From IMG/VR virus record IMGVR_UViG_3300005437_000011: a DNA stretch of 64,000 nucleotides; one strand, given 5' to 3'. Origin of the DNA: a virus (Duplodnaviria; Heunggongvirae; Uroviricota; Caudoviricetes). The notes under the pieces are model-generated. The model saw only the letters and a program-made list of their open reading frames with translations. It made no database searches and was not told where the DNA came from. This document shows, piece by piece, positions 27,663 to 36,947 of this stretch (the first letter of the stretch is position 1; every line of letters starts with the position of its first letter). The position numbers and the translations under genes are program-made.

Positions 27663-28204
27663 ATAAGCCAACCGTACTGCTCGATGTCGACGGCGTCCTT
27701 GCTGACTTCGCCGGGGCGCTCCTGCGTTGGGCTGGGCCGAAATACACGCGCGAACAGCTCACGGAATGGGACCTGACGAAGGCCTTGGGACTCGGAGATC
27801 GCCAGCACCTGTTCGACGAGTACGCCAGCGAACCGGGCTTCTGCGAGTGGCTCCCGGTCATTGATGGCGCTCAGGACTTCGTCGAAGGACTCCGTTCTGT
27901 CGCCGACATCGTCATTGTTACGAGCCCCTACTCAGCGGCGCGCCTATGGACATTCGAGCGGCTGCGTTGGCTTGAGAGGCACTTCGGCATCTCGAAGTAC
28001 GACGTCATTTTCGCGAAGCGGAAGTACCTGGTGCGTGGCGACATCATGGTCGATGACGGTCCGCACAACATCGAAGAATTCGTGATGCGCGGCGGGCATG
28101 GGTTGCTGATCGAGCAGCCGTGGAATGCAGCAAGCTTGGTGCCCGGCGCCAGGCGTTGCCGGACGTTGGAGCAAGCTCTCGAAGCTGTCAGGGAGACGGT
28201 GTGA
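27659..28204 (+). CDS. 5'(3')-deoxyribonucleotidase (NT5C-type HAD)
   Basis: VLLDVDGVLADF is motif I. MVDDGPHNI is motif IV. Confidence 0.6.
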   Translation: MNKPTVLLDVDGVLADFAGALLRWAGPKYTREQLTEWDLTKALGLGDRQHLFDEYASEPGFCEWLPVIDGAQDFVEGLRSVADIVIVTSPYSAARLWTFERLRWLERHFGISKYDVIFAKRKYLVRGDIMVDDGPHNIEEFVMRGGHGLLIEQPWNAASLVPGARRCRTLEQALEAVRETV

Positions 28205-28875
28205 CCCGCCAGCATCCGACCACCGGCGCACTCGCCAACTTCGCTCCCTGGACATCCCGGGAAGACGCGACTCTCCGCACTTGCTACGCCCGTGGCGGCA
28301 TCAAGGAAGCGGTGGCCGCTATCCCAGCTCGGTCACAGGCAACGCTATTTCACCGAGCTCAGCGTATTGGGCTGAAGCGGCGCCTACGCTGGACAGAGGC
28401 GGACGACCAAAGAACTGCAAGCTCCTGCCTCGATCTGCAGGCGGGTGTCCACCACGCTACCGGTCGGGTCTCTTCTGCGCTTGCTGTGCCCAGCCAAAGC
28501 GAGTACAAACTGAGTGCACCCCGCGTCGCTGCTACACGACCGGGGCGCGTGGCCCGCGATCAACGGGCTCGGAATGGGTACCACGTGATTCGCGTCTACC
28601 GCTACCGACTTTACCCGACGCGCGCCCAAGAGGCGACGATGCACGGAGCGCTCGACATGCTGCGAGAGCTGTACAACGCGAGTTTGCAGGAACGCATTGC
28701 CGCGCACCGCGCTGGCATCAAGCTTTCCTGTTACTCGCAGCAAGCCGAGCTTCGAGAAGTCCGGGCTGTGCGCCCCGCTCTGGAGGTCGCTGCGGTCGTC
28801 GGGTCAAAGCAGGTAGAATGGCTGTTGGTGAATGGTTATCTGACGCCGTTGCCTGCAAAGGACGGCGCGTCGTGA
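28201..28875 (+). CDS. GcrA-like N-terminal HTH protein fused to or followed by a TnpB N-terminal-like segment (possibly a pseudogene remnant)
   Basis: WTSREDATLRTCYARGGIKEAVAAIPARSQATLFHRAQRIGL is GcrA-like. YRYRLYPTRAQEATMHGALDMLRELYNASLQER matches the conserved TnpB (IS605 OrfB) N-terminus. Confidence 0.4.
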   Translation: MTRQHPTTGALANFAPWTSREDATLRTCYARGGIKEAVAAIPARSQATLFHRAQRIGLKRRLRWTEADDQRTASSCLDLQAGVHHATGRVSSALAVPSQSEYKLSAPRVAATRPGRVARDQRARNGYHVIRVYRYRLYPTRAQEATMHGALDMLRELYNASLQERIAAHRAGIKLSCYSQQAELREVRAVRPALEVAAVVGSKQVEWLLVNGYLTPLPAKDGAS

Positions 28876-29648
28876 GGCTCGCATGGGTCACTGACCCGCA
28901 TCTCGATCATGCTGGGCACGGCAAAACGATCGACTTTGCGCAGAAGACGGCGGCTGTCTCGGACGCCTGCGTCATCACCGGAGACATAGGCACCGCGCGC
29001 ACGGTCGTGCGATTGCTCGAAGTCTTTCAGCGCAACTATCGAAAGCCGATTTGTTTCGTGCTGGGCAACCATGACTTCTACGGTGGTGAATTCGCCAGCG
29101 TTGCGCGCTCGGTTCGGAAAGCATTCGGTTGCTCGTATCTTGATTCCGGTGCGGTCTTCCGCCTCACTCCCGGTGTAGACCTTTGCGGCGTAGACGGATG
29201 GTATGACGCCCGGTTTGGATCCCCAGAAACCAGTAGCGTTCAGCTGAACGATTGGTCGGAGATTCAAGACCTTCGTGAGTGCGTTCAGTCGCGGACGTTG
29301 ATTCCTGCGCTACGCCTGATTGGTGACCACTTTCATCAAAAGGCATTGGAGACGCTCGCTCGCGCCACGGCGAAGCGAGTCATCTTCGCGACTCACGTCC
29401 CACCGTTTGCCGAATCGAGCACCTACAACGGCAAACAGAGCGACGCGAATTGGCTGCCTTGGTTCAGTTGCAAGGCGCTCGGGGACGCCCTTCGTGAATG
29501 GGCAGAGATGAACCCAGAACGCGAGATCGAGGTGGTCTGCGGTCATACTCATGGCCGGGCAACATTCCAGCCATTACCGAACCTGACCGTGCGCACTGGG
29601 TTTGCCGAATACGGGGCGCCGTGTGTCGAGATGATTCTCGACATTTAG
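28872..29648 (+). CDS. calcineurin-like metallophosphoesterase
   Basis: VTDPHLD, ITGDIG, VLGNHDFY and CGHTHG. GTG start in a GTGA overlap. The 507-aa ORF-track call is a composite. Confidence 0.6.
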   Translation: MRLAWVTDPHLDHAGHGKTIDFAQKTAAVSDACVITGDIGTARTVVRLLEVFQRNYRKPICFVLGNHDFYGGEFASVARSVRKAFGCSYLDSGAVFRLTPGVDLCGVDGWYDARFGSPETSSVQLNDWSEIQDLRECVQSRTLIPALRLIGDHFHQKALETLARATAKRVIFATHVPPFAESSTYNGKQSDANWLPWFSCKALGDALREWAEMNPEREIEVVCGHTHGRATFQPLPNLTVRTGFAEYGAPCVEMILDI

Positions 29649-29687
29649 TGGTCACATGACCGCCAACAGCGTGAAAGACTCGACACA

Positions 29688-30122
29688 GTGAACGAGAATA
29701 ATGAACAGGCTCTGAACTGCCGCCACGGGTGGCCACAAGCGTCGTGGCTTCCCTGCCCCTACTGCAAACCAGACGAGACCAAGGTGATCGAAGGCGCAGC
29801 CTCGTCGCCAGAGCAGGCCGCGGCAACCGCGCGCGCTCACACGTCGAATGCGTCGCTCGGCATCCAGAAGCCGTCACGGACGCTCGACCTCGCTGGGAAA
29901 ACGGTCGCTGGCTGCGCCGTTGACCGGCTAGCGGCAGACGCGACAGCTAACTCGCGTTTTCATTGCGTGATGTCGTGTGGGCACCAGCAGATCGTTGACG
30001 GTACCGTGCTGATGAGTGCGCAGCGCGCTGGTCAAAGATTGAAGTGCAAGGCATGCGCGAAGGCGGATGGTAGGCAGGCGCGCGAAGCCAAGCGCCTTGC
30101 GAAGCTGGAGAAGCGGCCATGA
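29688..30122 (+). CDS. hypothetical Cys-rich protein; tandem paralog of the next gene
   Basis: LAGKTVAGCAVDR...RFHCVMSCGHQQIVDGTVL...LKCKACAKA parallels the N-terminus of the next gene. Confidence 0.4.
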   Translation: MNENNEQALNCRHGWPQASWLPCPYCKPDETKVIEGAASSPEQAAATARAHTSNASLGIQKPSRTLDLAGKTVAGCAVDRLAADATANSRFHCVMSCGHQQIVDGTVLMSAQRAGQRLKCKACAKADGRQAREAKRLAKLEKRP

Positions 30123-31057
30123 GATGCGAACACGGCTTCGAGCCTGCCTCCGTTCTGTGCCCGCTTGGGTGCCATGGCAAACCAGCGGCGAAGGTCGAGT
30201 CGGAAACTGTTCCGACCACCAGCAAACGAGCCAATCTGGTCGACATGTCTGGTACAACCGTCGCTGGTTGCCGAGTCGAAGCCAGAGAGCCGAACGGTGA
30301 CGGTAACGCTCGCTGGCGATGCATCTGCGCCTGTGGGGAACACTTCGTGGACTTCGGTGTTGTTCTCCGTGAGAAGGAAAAGCGCGGCTACACGGCGTCG
30401 TGCGATGGCTGCAAAGCAAAGCGCAAGCTGGATCGGATTGGTAAGCCAAACCCCGCCCTGAAGGCCCACCCCATCCCACCGGAACACGCAGAGCCAGCGC
30501 CTGTACGGCGCATATTTCCCGAGCCTAACGTTGTCGTTGAGAGCCGAGTTCTCCGTTGGTGGCGGCTCGAACTCGACGCCAAGGGCAGCGTCATCAGCTG
30601 CACAGCGGTTGAGCACCGAGGCGAGGCTGGAGAGCGCCAGTTCCTATACGTCGAGGCTTACGATCAGAAGGAAGCTGGGCGTCTCGCGTGGAACGCCTAC
30701 TGCCGACTCGCGCAACAGCGGCACCGGGCCAAGCTGACACGGGAGGGCTGCTGCCCATGGTGTGGGCGTAAGCAGGACAGGAAGCCAGGCCTACGGTGCA
30801 ACACCTGCCTTGCTGGGGACCGAGAGCGAGCTGCTACGAACAAGGCGATCAAAGCCGGCCAGAACGTCCCCGCCCCCGACGCGCAGGTAACGCGCGCCAA
30901 CCGGCTGCGGTCCGAGCGCGCTGAGTACCGGCTGCAAATCCTCGGCGAAGTACGAAAGGTCGCGATAGAGCGGAACCCGCGCGAGTTCCTGCGCTGGCTT
31001 GACGAGGAGCTCGGTCTCGAAGGCGGGCAGCTGACCGCTAAGCAGGCGGCGTGCTGA
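30119..31057 (+). CDS. hypothetical Cys-rich protein
   Basis: MSGTTVAGCRVEA...RWRCICACGEHFVDFGVVL...ASCDGCKAK shares a domain with the previous gene. Confidence 0.45.
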   Translation: MRCEHGFEPASVLCPLGCHGKPAAKVESETVPTTSKRANLVDMSGTTVAGCRVEAREPNGDGNARWRCICACGEHFVDFGVVLREKEKRGYTASCDGCKAKRKLDRIGKPNPALKAHPIPPEHAEPAPVRRIFPEPNVVVESRVLRWWRLELDAKGSVISCTAVEHRGEAGERQFLYVEAYDQKEAGRLAWNAYCRLAQQRHRAKLTREGCCPWCGRKQDRKPGLRCNTCLAGDRERAATNKAIKAGQNVPAPDAQVTRANRLRSERAEYRLQILGEVRKVAIERNPREFLRWLDEELGLEGGQLTAKQAAC

Positions 31058-31272
31058 TGGGCTATCGTATCGAGCACGGTGATTGTCTAGACATCCTCTG
31101 GCGTGAACCGCCTTGCAGCGTTGACGCGCTCGTGACCGATCCGCCGTACCTACTCGTCAATTCCTCTGGTTCTGGTTTCATGGGTGCCGAATGGGACAGC
31201 TTGTCGATCGCCAATGCCATTGCGGGCGTGTTTTTCAGATTCAGCAGTCTCGACTTAAGCATGGCCGCGTGA
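31051..31272 (+). pseudogene. truncated N-terminus of an N6-adenine/N4-cytosine DNA methyltransferase (about 73 aa only)
   Basis: GYRIEHGDCLDILWREPPCSVDALVTDPPY carries MTase motif IV (DPPY). The frame terminates long before a catalytic domain would end. Confidence 0.45.
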
Positions 31273-31314
31273 ATCGCTGCGCACAGCCGATCCACCACGG
31301 CAGTTGGGGTTGTT

Positions 31315-31581
31315 TTGATGACTTACACACGCAACATCGACACTACGCCAATCCGCCTGGCCCACGCTTCACTCCAGAAGTGGTCACCGGATAGCGACTA
31401 CAAGGCTCAATGCCCTGCCTGTCCATCTGGGCTCCTCTTGGTGCGCCGTGACCAGCGGACGATGAAGCTCACCCGTGACGACCACTGCGTCTCATGCGGG
31501 CAGCGCGTCGTCTACACGGACGAGATGATTGGCGGAGAGCCGCTCAAACCACATACAAACGAGGGACACGATCATGGATGA
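31315..31581 (+). CDS. hypothetical protein with CxxC...CxxC
   Basis: 88-aa ORF. Confidence 0.3.
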   Translation: MMTYTRNIDTTPIRLAHASLQKWSPDSDYKAQCPACPSGLLLVRRDQRTMKLTRDDHCVSCGQRVVYTDEMIGGEPLKPHTNEGHDHG

Positions 31582-32476
31582 TTCTGACAAGGCGATTGTG
31601 AAATGGGCTGTGCGGGGCGCGGTCGTGCTGTTTTGCGCACTGGGCTTTATGGCTAGCTGCTCTCAGGTATCGAGCGGATCGGTCGGCGTCGTGCGCCACT
31701 TTGGCGCCGTTGATACGAGCCCGCTTCAGCCCGGCATTCACTTTACGCAGCCATGGCCGCTGGTCAGCGTCGAAGAAGTGAACACGCAGATCGGGACCAC
31801 CGAAGGCGAGGCGCTAGCGGCTAGCAAGGACCTTCAGAGCGTCAAAACAAAAGTAGCCATTCAGTGGGCGATCCTGCCGGCATCCGCGCCTCAGGTGATC
31901 CAAGGATTCGGCGATGAGAAGCGCATGGAAGAAGCGATCCTTGCCCCAGCGATCCAAGAAGTCGTGAAGGCAGTCTCCGCCCGCTATACCGCCGAAGAAC
32001 TGATCACCAAGCGAAACGAGGTAAAACTCGGCATCGAGCAAGAACTCGATCTATTTGTCCAGAAGACGCTACGCGAGAAGAACGCAGTGGGCGCTATAAA
32101 GCTTGCCAACGTGGCGGTGACCAACTTCGAGTTTTCGAAGGACTTCAACGATTCGATCGAAGCCAAGGTGAAGGCTGAGCAGGACTCGCTGCGTGCCAAA
32201 AACGAGATGAACACCCGCGTTACGCAAGCCGAGGCGAAGGCGAAAGAAGTGACGCTGGCGGCCGAAGCGGACGCGCAAAAGACCAAACTCGCTGCCGACG
32301 CTACCGCATACCAGACGGACGCCGAATCGAAGGCGCGCGCCGCAGCCATCACGCGCGAAGCGGCTGCGCTCCAGTCAAACCCAGGACTCGTCCAGCTCCG
32401 CATTGCCGAGCGCTGGAATGGCGCTCTCCCAACTTACACCGGCGGCGGCATCCCGCTGCTTCAGCTGCAGAAGTAA
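31529..32476 (+). CDS. SPFH/band-7 (prohibitin/HflC-like) protein
   Basis: N-terminal TM helix, then VVRHFGAV...LQPGIHFTQPW, then a long coiled-coil Ala/Lys/Glu tail. The start is probably the ATG near 31574. Confidence 0.65.
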   Translation: MAESRSNHIQTRDTIMDDSDKAIVKWAVRGAVVLFCALGFMASCSQVSSGSVGVVRHFGAVDTSPLQPGIHFTQPWPLVSVEEVNTQIGTTEGEALAASKDLQSVKTKVAIQWAILPASAPQVIQGFGDEKRMEEAILAPAIQEVVKAVSARYTAEELITKRNEVKLGIEQELDLFVQKTLREKNAVGAIKLANVAVTNFEFSKDFNDSIEAKVKAEQDSLRAKNEMNTRVTQAEAKAKEVTLAAEADAQKTKLAADATAYQTDAESKARAAAITREAAALQSNPGLVQLRIAERWNGALPTYTGGGIPLLQLQK

Positions 32477-32503
32477 GAACGACGCACCACAGGAGCACCA
32501 GAC

Positions 32504-33544
32504 ATGATCACAATTTCGGACCCCGGCGTCACGCTGAACTCGACGCAGCTCGAAGCGCTCACCGCCAAGGCGGTAGCCTACCCGTTCGACATTCACGTCG
32601 AGATCCAGACGCAATACGCGCTCTCCCGCGCGGCTTTCGAGCATCAGGTGGCCGGCTTCGTCACGCCCGGATCGCGCCTGCTATCCATCGGCGTCGACCC
32701 GCTTCACCACTACACGTTCGTCCATTCGAGCGGATCGCTCGGGGTCCCATCTGGCCCGCAGGTAGCCCAAGCCGGTAACGCGTTCTTCAAGGCGGGGAAC
32801 CTGGTGGATGGAATCGACGCCATTGCGGCCAAGGCCAATGACCTGAGGGTCGATCCGAGGCTGATGACGGCCGCCCCGCAGCCGGGCCGCGACGTGCGGG
32901 TCATCCAGAGTCAGACCGGCGTTCCCATCGTGATTCACGAACACCATACGGCCGCTGGCGTCTGGTGGGCCCTGGGCGGCGTCCTGGCGCTTTCGGTTGC
33001 GGTCGTGGCTTGGGCTGTATGGCGGGCACGCCGGCGCGAACGGCTGGCAGCAGAGGCCCAGGAAGCGCGTGACCTGGAGGCGGCCGAGCTCCGGTCCAGG
33101 AACATTGAGGAAGCAGGTTGGCACGATGAGATGGCAGCCAAGCGGCGCAGCTCTTTGGCCCCGGAAGCATCGCCAGCGTCAAGCCGATTGCCCGTCGGTC
33201 GCATCAGCTACGAGACATCACGCTACCTGCCGTCAGCGCCTCCGGTTGTCGTTCAGCCGTCCCAGCCGCCCGTCATCGTCAACCAGCAAGGCGGCGGACT
33301 GAGCGGCATCGACCTGCTGCTCGGCTACGAGCTCGGACGCGACAGCAATCGCCCTGCTCCAATCGTGGAACGGGAGGTTGTTGTCGAGCGCGACACGTCA
33401 TCATCTTCGACCTGGGAGAGTACGCCGGACCCTACGCCTGATACGTCGTCGAGTAGCTCTTGGGACGGCAGCAGTGACAGCTCGTCGTCAAGCAGTTTCG
33501 ATTCGGGTAGCAGCGGCGATTCCGGCGGGGGAAGCGACTGGTGA
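32504..33544 (+). CDS. TPM-domain-like membrane protein with Ser/Gly-rich tail (YgcG-like architecture)
   Basis: N-terminal domain, one TM helix (AAGVWWALGGVLALSVAVVAWAVW), and a C-terminal low-complexity SSSSS/GGG tail. Confidence 0.45.
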   Translation: MITISDPGVTLNSTQLEALTAKAVAYPFDIHVEIQTQYALSRAAFEHQVAGFVTPGSRLLSIGVDPLHHYTFVHSSGSLGVPSGPQVAQAGNAFFKAGNLVDGIDAIAAKANDLRVDPRLMTAAPQPGRDVRVIQSQTGVPIVIHEHHTAAGVWWALGGVLALSVAVVAWAVWRARRRERLAAEAQEARDLEAAELRSRNIEEAGWHDEMAAKRRSSLAPEASPASSRLPVGRISYETSRYLPSAPPVVVQPSQPPVIVNQQGGGLSGIDLLLGYELGRDSNRPAPIVEREVVVERDTSSSSTWESTPDPTPDTSSSSSWDGSSDSSSSSSFDSGSSGDSGGGSDW

Positions 33545-33823
33545 TTCTGGCTACTCACATTTGCCCCGTCTCTGGCCCGGTCGACATCTGGTCGTTGGGT
33601 ATCGCGGTTGTGCTGATCGTCGCTCTCGTGGTGGCAATGAGGTGGCCCTGATGCGACGAGCCACCATCATGCCGGGGGTTGTCCGGGTGACTGCCGGGCA
33701 GCGGCGTCGGCTTGTAGCGGCGGAGCCTGCGGGCCGAACGCCGCCCAAGACAATCCCGATCGGCTATACTTGGCCGGAACGCGGCGCCATTAACGAGCTA
33801 TTCAGAGCGGCGAGGAAATATCG

Positions 33824-35386
33824 ATGAACGACTCCCCCAGGTTTTACGGAACGCGACCCGAGATTCTCCCTGACGTGCCGCCAGCGGGGAGCGTCTACAA
33901 GGGCCGATACAGGCTGCTGGAGCCTGCGCGCGCCCACGCGATGGGTCAGGGGCGTTACGAGCACGTCGCGACGTTCGACATTGAGACCTGCCAAACGAAG
34001 TCGGCGGTGCCCGGCGCGGACTTCTGGGGCGCTGACGCCGATAGCGTCGATTGGGGTACCGTGCTGATTCCGAGTGCGAAGCAGCGCATTTGTCCGAGCC
34101 GGCATAACGACGGCTCGCTGTGCTGCCACGATGCAGGACACGCTGGTCACCACGAGTCGCAGTCCACCGGCAATCGATATGGTTGGAGCGACACGCGCAG
34201 CCCGAGCGGAAGTCAGATCATGGTAGCGATCGGCGCGGGTGACACGCCACAGGTGATCGCGGCGAACCTGGCGGGGAACATTTATTCCATTCGCCCCGAC
34301 CTGCGTGGCGTAACGCTCGGCGGCGTCACGGCGCCCGTGGCGGTCGATGCGCTGTGGGAGCCTCCGGAAATCCCACGACTCCCACAGATGGAGTTTAGTC
34401 TGCCAGCGCTGCCGCGCGTAATGCCACTGTCACAGCAAACTGGAGAACAACTCCGGGAGACGGCGAGACTCGTGGGCGTCGCTGTCAAGCCGGTCAGTCT
34501 CGGCGGTGCCCGGGCGCCCGCTTCGCCGTACGAATATGTTCACAAAATGATTACGGACAACGGCTACTTGATCCAAGGCACGCACACCACGAACGCCGCA
34601 GACATCCTCACCTTCACCAATTATGCGGAGGTCGTGGCTCATTTCGGAGAAAGTCACGCTCGGCAGTATCGCTACCTATTCCGGGACAACGGATGCGCTC
34701 CGGTCAAGATAGTCCAGGTGAAGGGCACGGGCGGTGGCAAGATCAAGTCAGCGCCGAAGTTCTACGGAACTCAGCCCGAGGTGTTGCCAGAGACTTTACC
34801 CGCGGGCACAGCGGCAAGCTGCGATGGCATTGTGTACAAGTCGATAGAGCCGACGCGCCTTGAGGCCCGCGGGTACGGCTGTTACGTATACGCTGGGGAA
34901 TGGGAGAGCGTGTCGAGCGGGCAACAAGACACGGCGGCGGTCATGTGGGAGAGCGACATCGACTGGTCGTCGGTATCTATGCGGAAGTCGAGGACGTCGG
35001 AGTCTGCGGTCAGCGGATTCGGCGTCACGACTCGCAGCGTCCCCGGCGACCCTGAGCCTACGAGCCCCTGTGAATGGTGCACGACGCCCGGCTGCACGGC
35101 AGGCCCGGGGAGCACCTGCCGCAGCTACAGACGCTGCCTGGGGGCGCGGCTGGCCACTGGCGGAGCGAACAACTGCGCAGAGGAGCGGGAGAGCGTGCGG
35201 CGCTGGCTCGACGCGCAGCAGGAGACGTGGCCCGAGAATCCATTCCGGAAGAAGCCGACGCTTTGCTCCGAGTGCAGTTGCGACCTGTCGCCGTTCATCG
35301 CGTATCAGGACATGGCCGGCAAACCGTACTGCCGGTATTGCTACGACAGCACGGGCGGGGGGGGCGGAGAGCCGATTGCTCCGTGA
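33824..35386 (+). CDS. large hypothetical protein with internal duplication
   Basis: Repeated segment PRFYGTRPEILPDVPPAGSVYKGRY / PKFYGTQPEVLPETLPAGTAAS. Cys-rich C-terminus. A G8 homopolymer sits at 35357-35364. Confidence 0.5.
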   Translation: MNDSPRFYGTRPEILPDVPPAGSVYKGRYRLLEPARAHAMGQGRYEHVATFDIETCQTKSAVPGADFWGADADSVDWGTVLIPSAKQRICPSRHNDGSLCCHDAGHAGHHESQSTGNRYGWSDTRSPSGSQIMVAIGAGDTPQVIAANLAGNIYSIRPDLRGVTLGGVTAPVAVDALWEPPEIPRLPQMEFSLPALPRVMPLSQQTGEQLRETARLVGVAVKPVSLGGARAPASPYEYVHKMITDNGYLIQGTHTTNAADILTFTNYAEVVAHFGESHARQYRYLFRDNGCAPVKIVQVKGTGGGKIKSAPKFYGTQPEVLPETLPAGTAASCDGIVYKSIEPTRLEARGYGCYVYAGEWESVSSGQQDTAAVMWESDIDWSSVSMRKSRTSESAVSGFGVTTRSVPGDPEPTSPCEWCTTPGCTAGPGSTCRSYRRCLGARLATGGANNCAEERESVRRWLDAQQETWPENPFRKKPTLCSECSCDLSPFIAYQDMAGKPYCRYCYDSTGGGGGEPIAP

Positions 35387-35545
35387 CCATAGGGTGAACG
35401 GAGCGACGTATGTCTTCCCCGCTCAATATAGGGCACAAGCTCGGATGCTTCGCGCTGAAGCCAGAGAGAAGCCACTCAGCACGGCTGCCTCGCGGGAGCT
35501 AGCGAAGGGGCACCCAAGCACGTGGCCGAGTCAGGATGGTGAGTC

Positions 35546-36259
35546 GTGAACGAAAGAGCGATGATGACCTACAGGCGGCTACAGCTCTCGTTCTCGGTCG
35601 TCGCTGACTTCGACAACCCGCATTGCGAGTTTGACGACTTCACGCGCATAGTCGTCAAGTCGGCGCACGACTCGGCGCTCCGCTGGCTGATTTCGGACAC
35701 GCCAGGCAATACGACACCGCGAAAACGCGGCGAGTGCCAGGTCGTGTCATATCGAAGCACCGGCGACGTCTGGCGCAAGGAGTTCATGGTCGAGTCGCTT
35801 GTCCCCATCGGCAAGGACGTGGACGAACTGATCGAGCAGATCCATGAGGAACTCGATGAGCATGATTGGGGCGTGGCCTGCTTCGAACGCGACTATCCGG
35901 CTGTGTTGCCAACGCCTCGAGACATGGGCTGCCCGCCGCTGACGGCGGTGCCCGACCAGACCGCTGGAGGCCGAGACCAGCTGCGCGCCTTCTCGGTCAC
36001 GATGGTCAGGCCCGCGGACAAGGGCAGCGTGAGCGGCGATAACATCCCCGTCACGGCGCGACTGTCTCGAGATGCTGACGGAAGAGGATGCATGTGGGAG
36101 ACAGCGGGCAACTGGCGAATGCCGCTCGGGCCGCGCGAGAGCTACGTCTGGCCGCGCACAGACCCAGCTGCGGAGCTCGTCCTTGAGCTGAGCCAGCCGC
36201 TCGTATCCGGCACCTTCCTCATCAACGGCAGCGTGCTGCGGATTGTGCAGAAGCCATGA
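35546..36259 (+). CDS. hypothetical protein
   Basis: 237-aa ORF. Confidence 0.45.
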   Translation: MNERAMMTYRRLQLSFSVVADFDNPHCEFDDFTRIVVKSAHDSALRWLISDTPGNTTPRKRGECQVVSYRSTGDVWRKEFMVESLVPIGKDVDELIEQIHEELDEHDWGVACFERDYPAVLPTPRDMGCPPLTAVPDQTAGGRDQLRAFSVTMVRPADKGSVSGDNIPVTARLSRDADGRGCMWETAGNWRMPLGPRESYVWPRTDPAAELVLELSQPLVSGTFLINGSVLRIVQKP

Positions 36260-36624
36260 CGGTGATGGAACCCGATGAGCTGCCTCGGCTCGCCGATTGC
36301 CTTCCGCCGCATCTTCTGCCGCTTCCGGAAAGCTACAAGGACTGCTTAGTGCGGGAGCTGTCGATCGACGAAGGGAACAGCGTGGGCGGCGTCTTCCACC
36401 GCGTCTGGTCGGAGCTCGATCGGTGCAAGTTGTTGAAGGCGGCGACCGCCGTGGCAGCGGTGATCGTCGACGATGCCGGCAACACATTCAGTGTCACGCG
36501 CACACTGCCAGCGGCATGGTCTCGGGTGCCGCTTGCTTTCGACGTGCGGACCCCGCCGTGGGGCACAACGAAGTCCTGGCTCGGCGGCTTTCTAAATACG
36601 CATGGCGTCAGGGTTGGTCGATGA
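36256..36624 (+). CDS. hypothetical protein
   Basis: 122-aa ORF. Confidence 0.4.
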   Translation: MTVMEPDELPRLADCLPPHLLPLPESYKDCLVRELSIDEGNSVGGVFHRVWSELDRCKLLKAATAVAAVIVDDAGNTFSVTRTLPAAWSRVPLAFDVRTPPWGTTKSWLGGFLNTHGVRVGR

Positions 36625-36947
36625 CCAGCAGCGATCGGAGAGTTCTCTTCGGCGATCTGCGGCGCGGAGACATGGTCGTCATCACCGAGCTGCCGCCGCC
36701 CGACCCGATGCAGATCCCGCAAGTCATCGGCAGGGTCGGCTCAGTCGAGCAGGTCGAGTCACTTGCTTGCGTGTACACCGATGGCTGGTTACGCCTATGC
36801 TTCGAGAGCGGGATCGGCGGCATGGGAGGGATCAAGTGCCGTGTGCGCATTATTGATAAGGTAGCCGGCGTGCTGACGCTGCGTTACTCGGGATGGGGGC
36901 CGGATGAGATCCCGCCCGACCTGCTTGACCTGGCGGCAGGGCAATGA
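36621..36947 (+). CDS. hypothetical protein
   Basis: ATG in an ATGA overlap. This is the in-frame tail of ORF 36297..36947. Confidence 0.35.
   Translation: MTSSDRRVLFGDLRRGDMVVITELPPPDPMQIPQVIGRVGSVEQVESLACVYTDGWLRLCFESGIGGMGGIKCRVRIIDKVAGVLTLRYSGWGPDEIPPDLLDLAAGQ

Noticed and set aside
28125-29648. 507-aa ORF as a single protein
   Set aside because: The N-terminal two-thirds is Arg/Pro/Ser-rich and out of frame with the better GcrA-like/TnpB-like reading. Only the C-terminal about 258 aa (from the GTG at 28872) is metallophosphoesterase-like.
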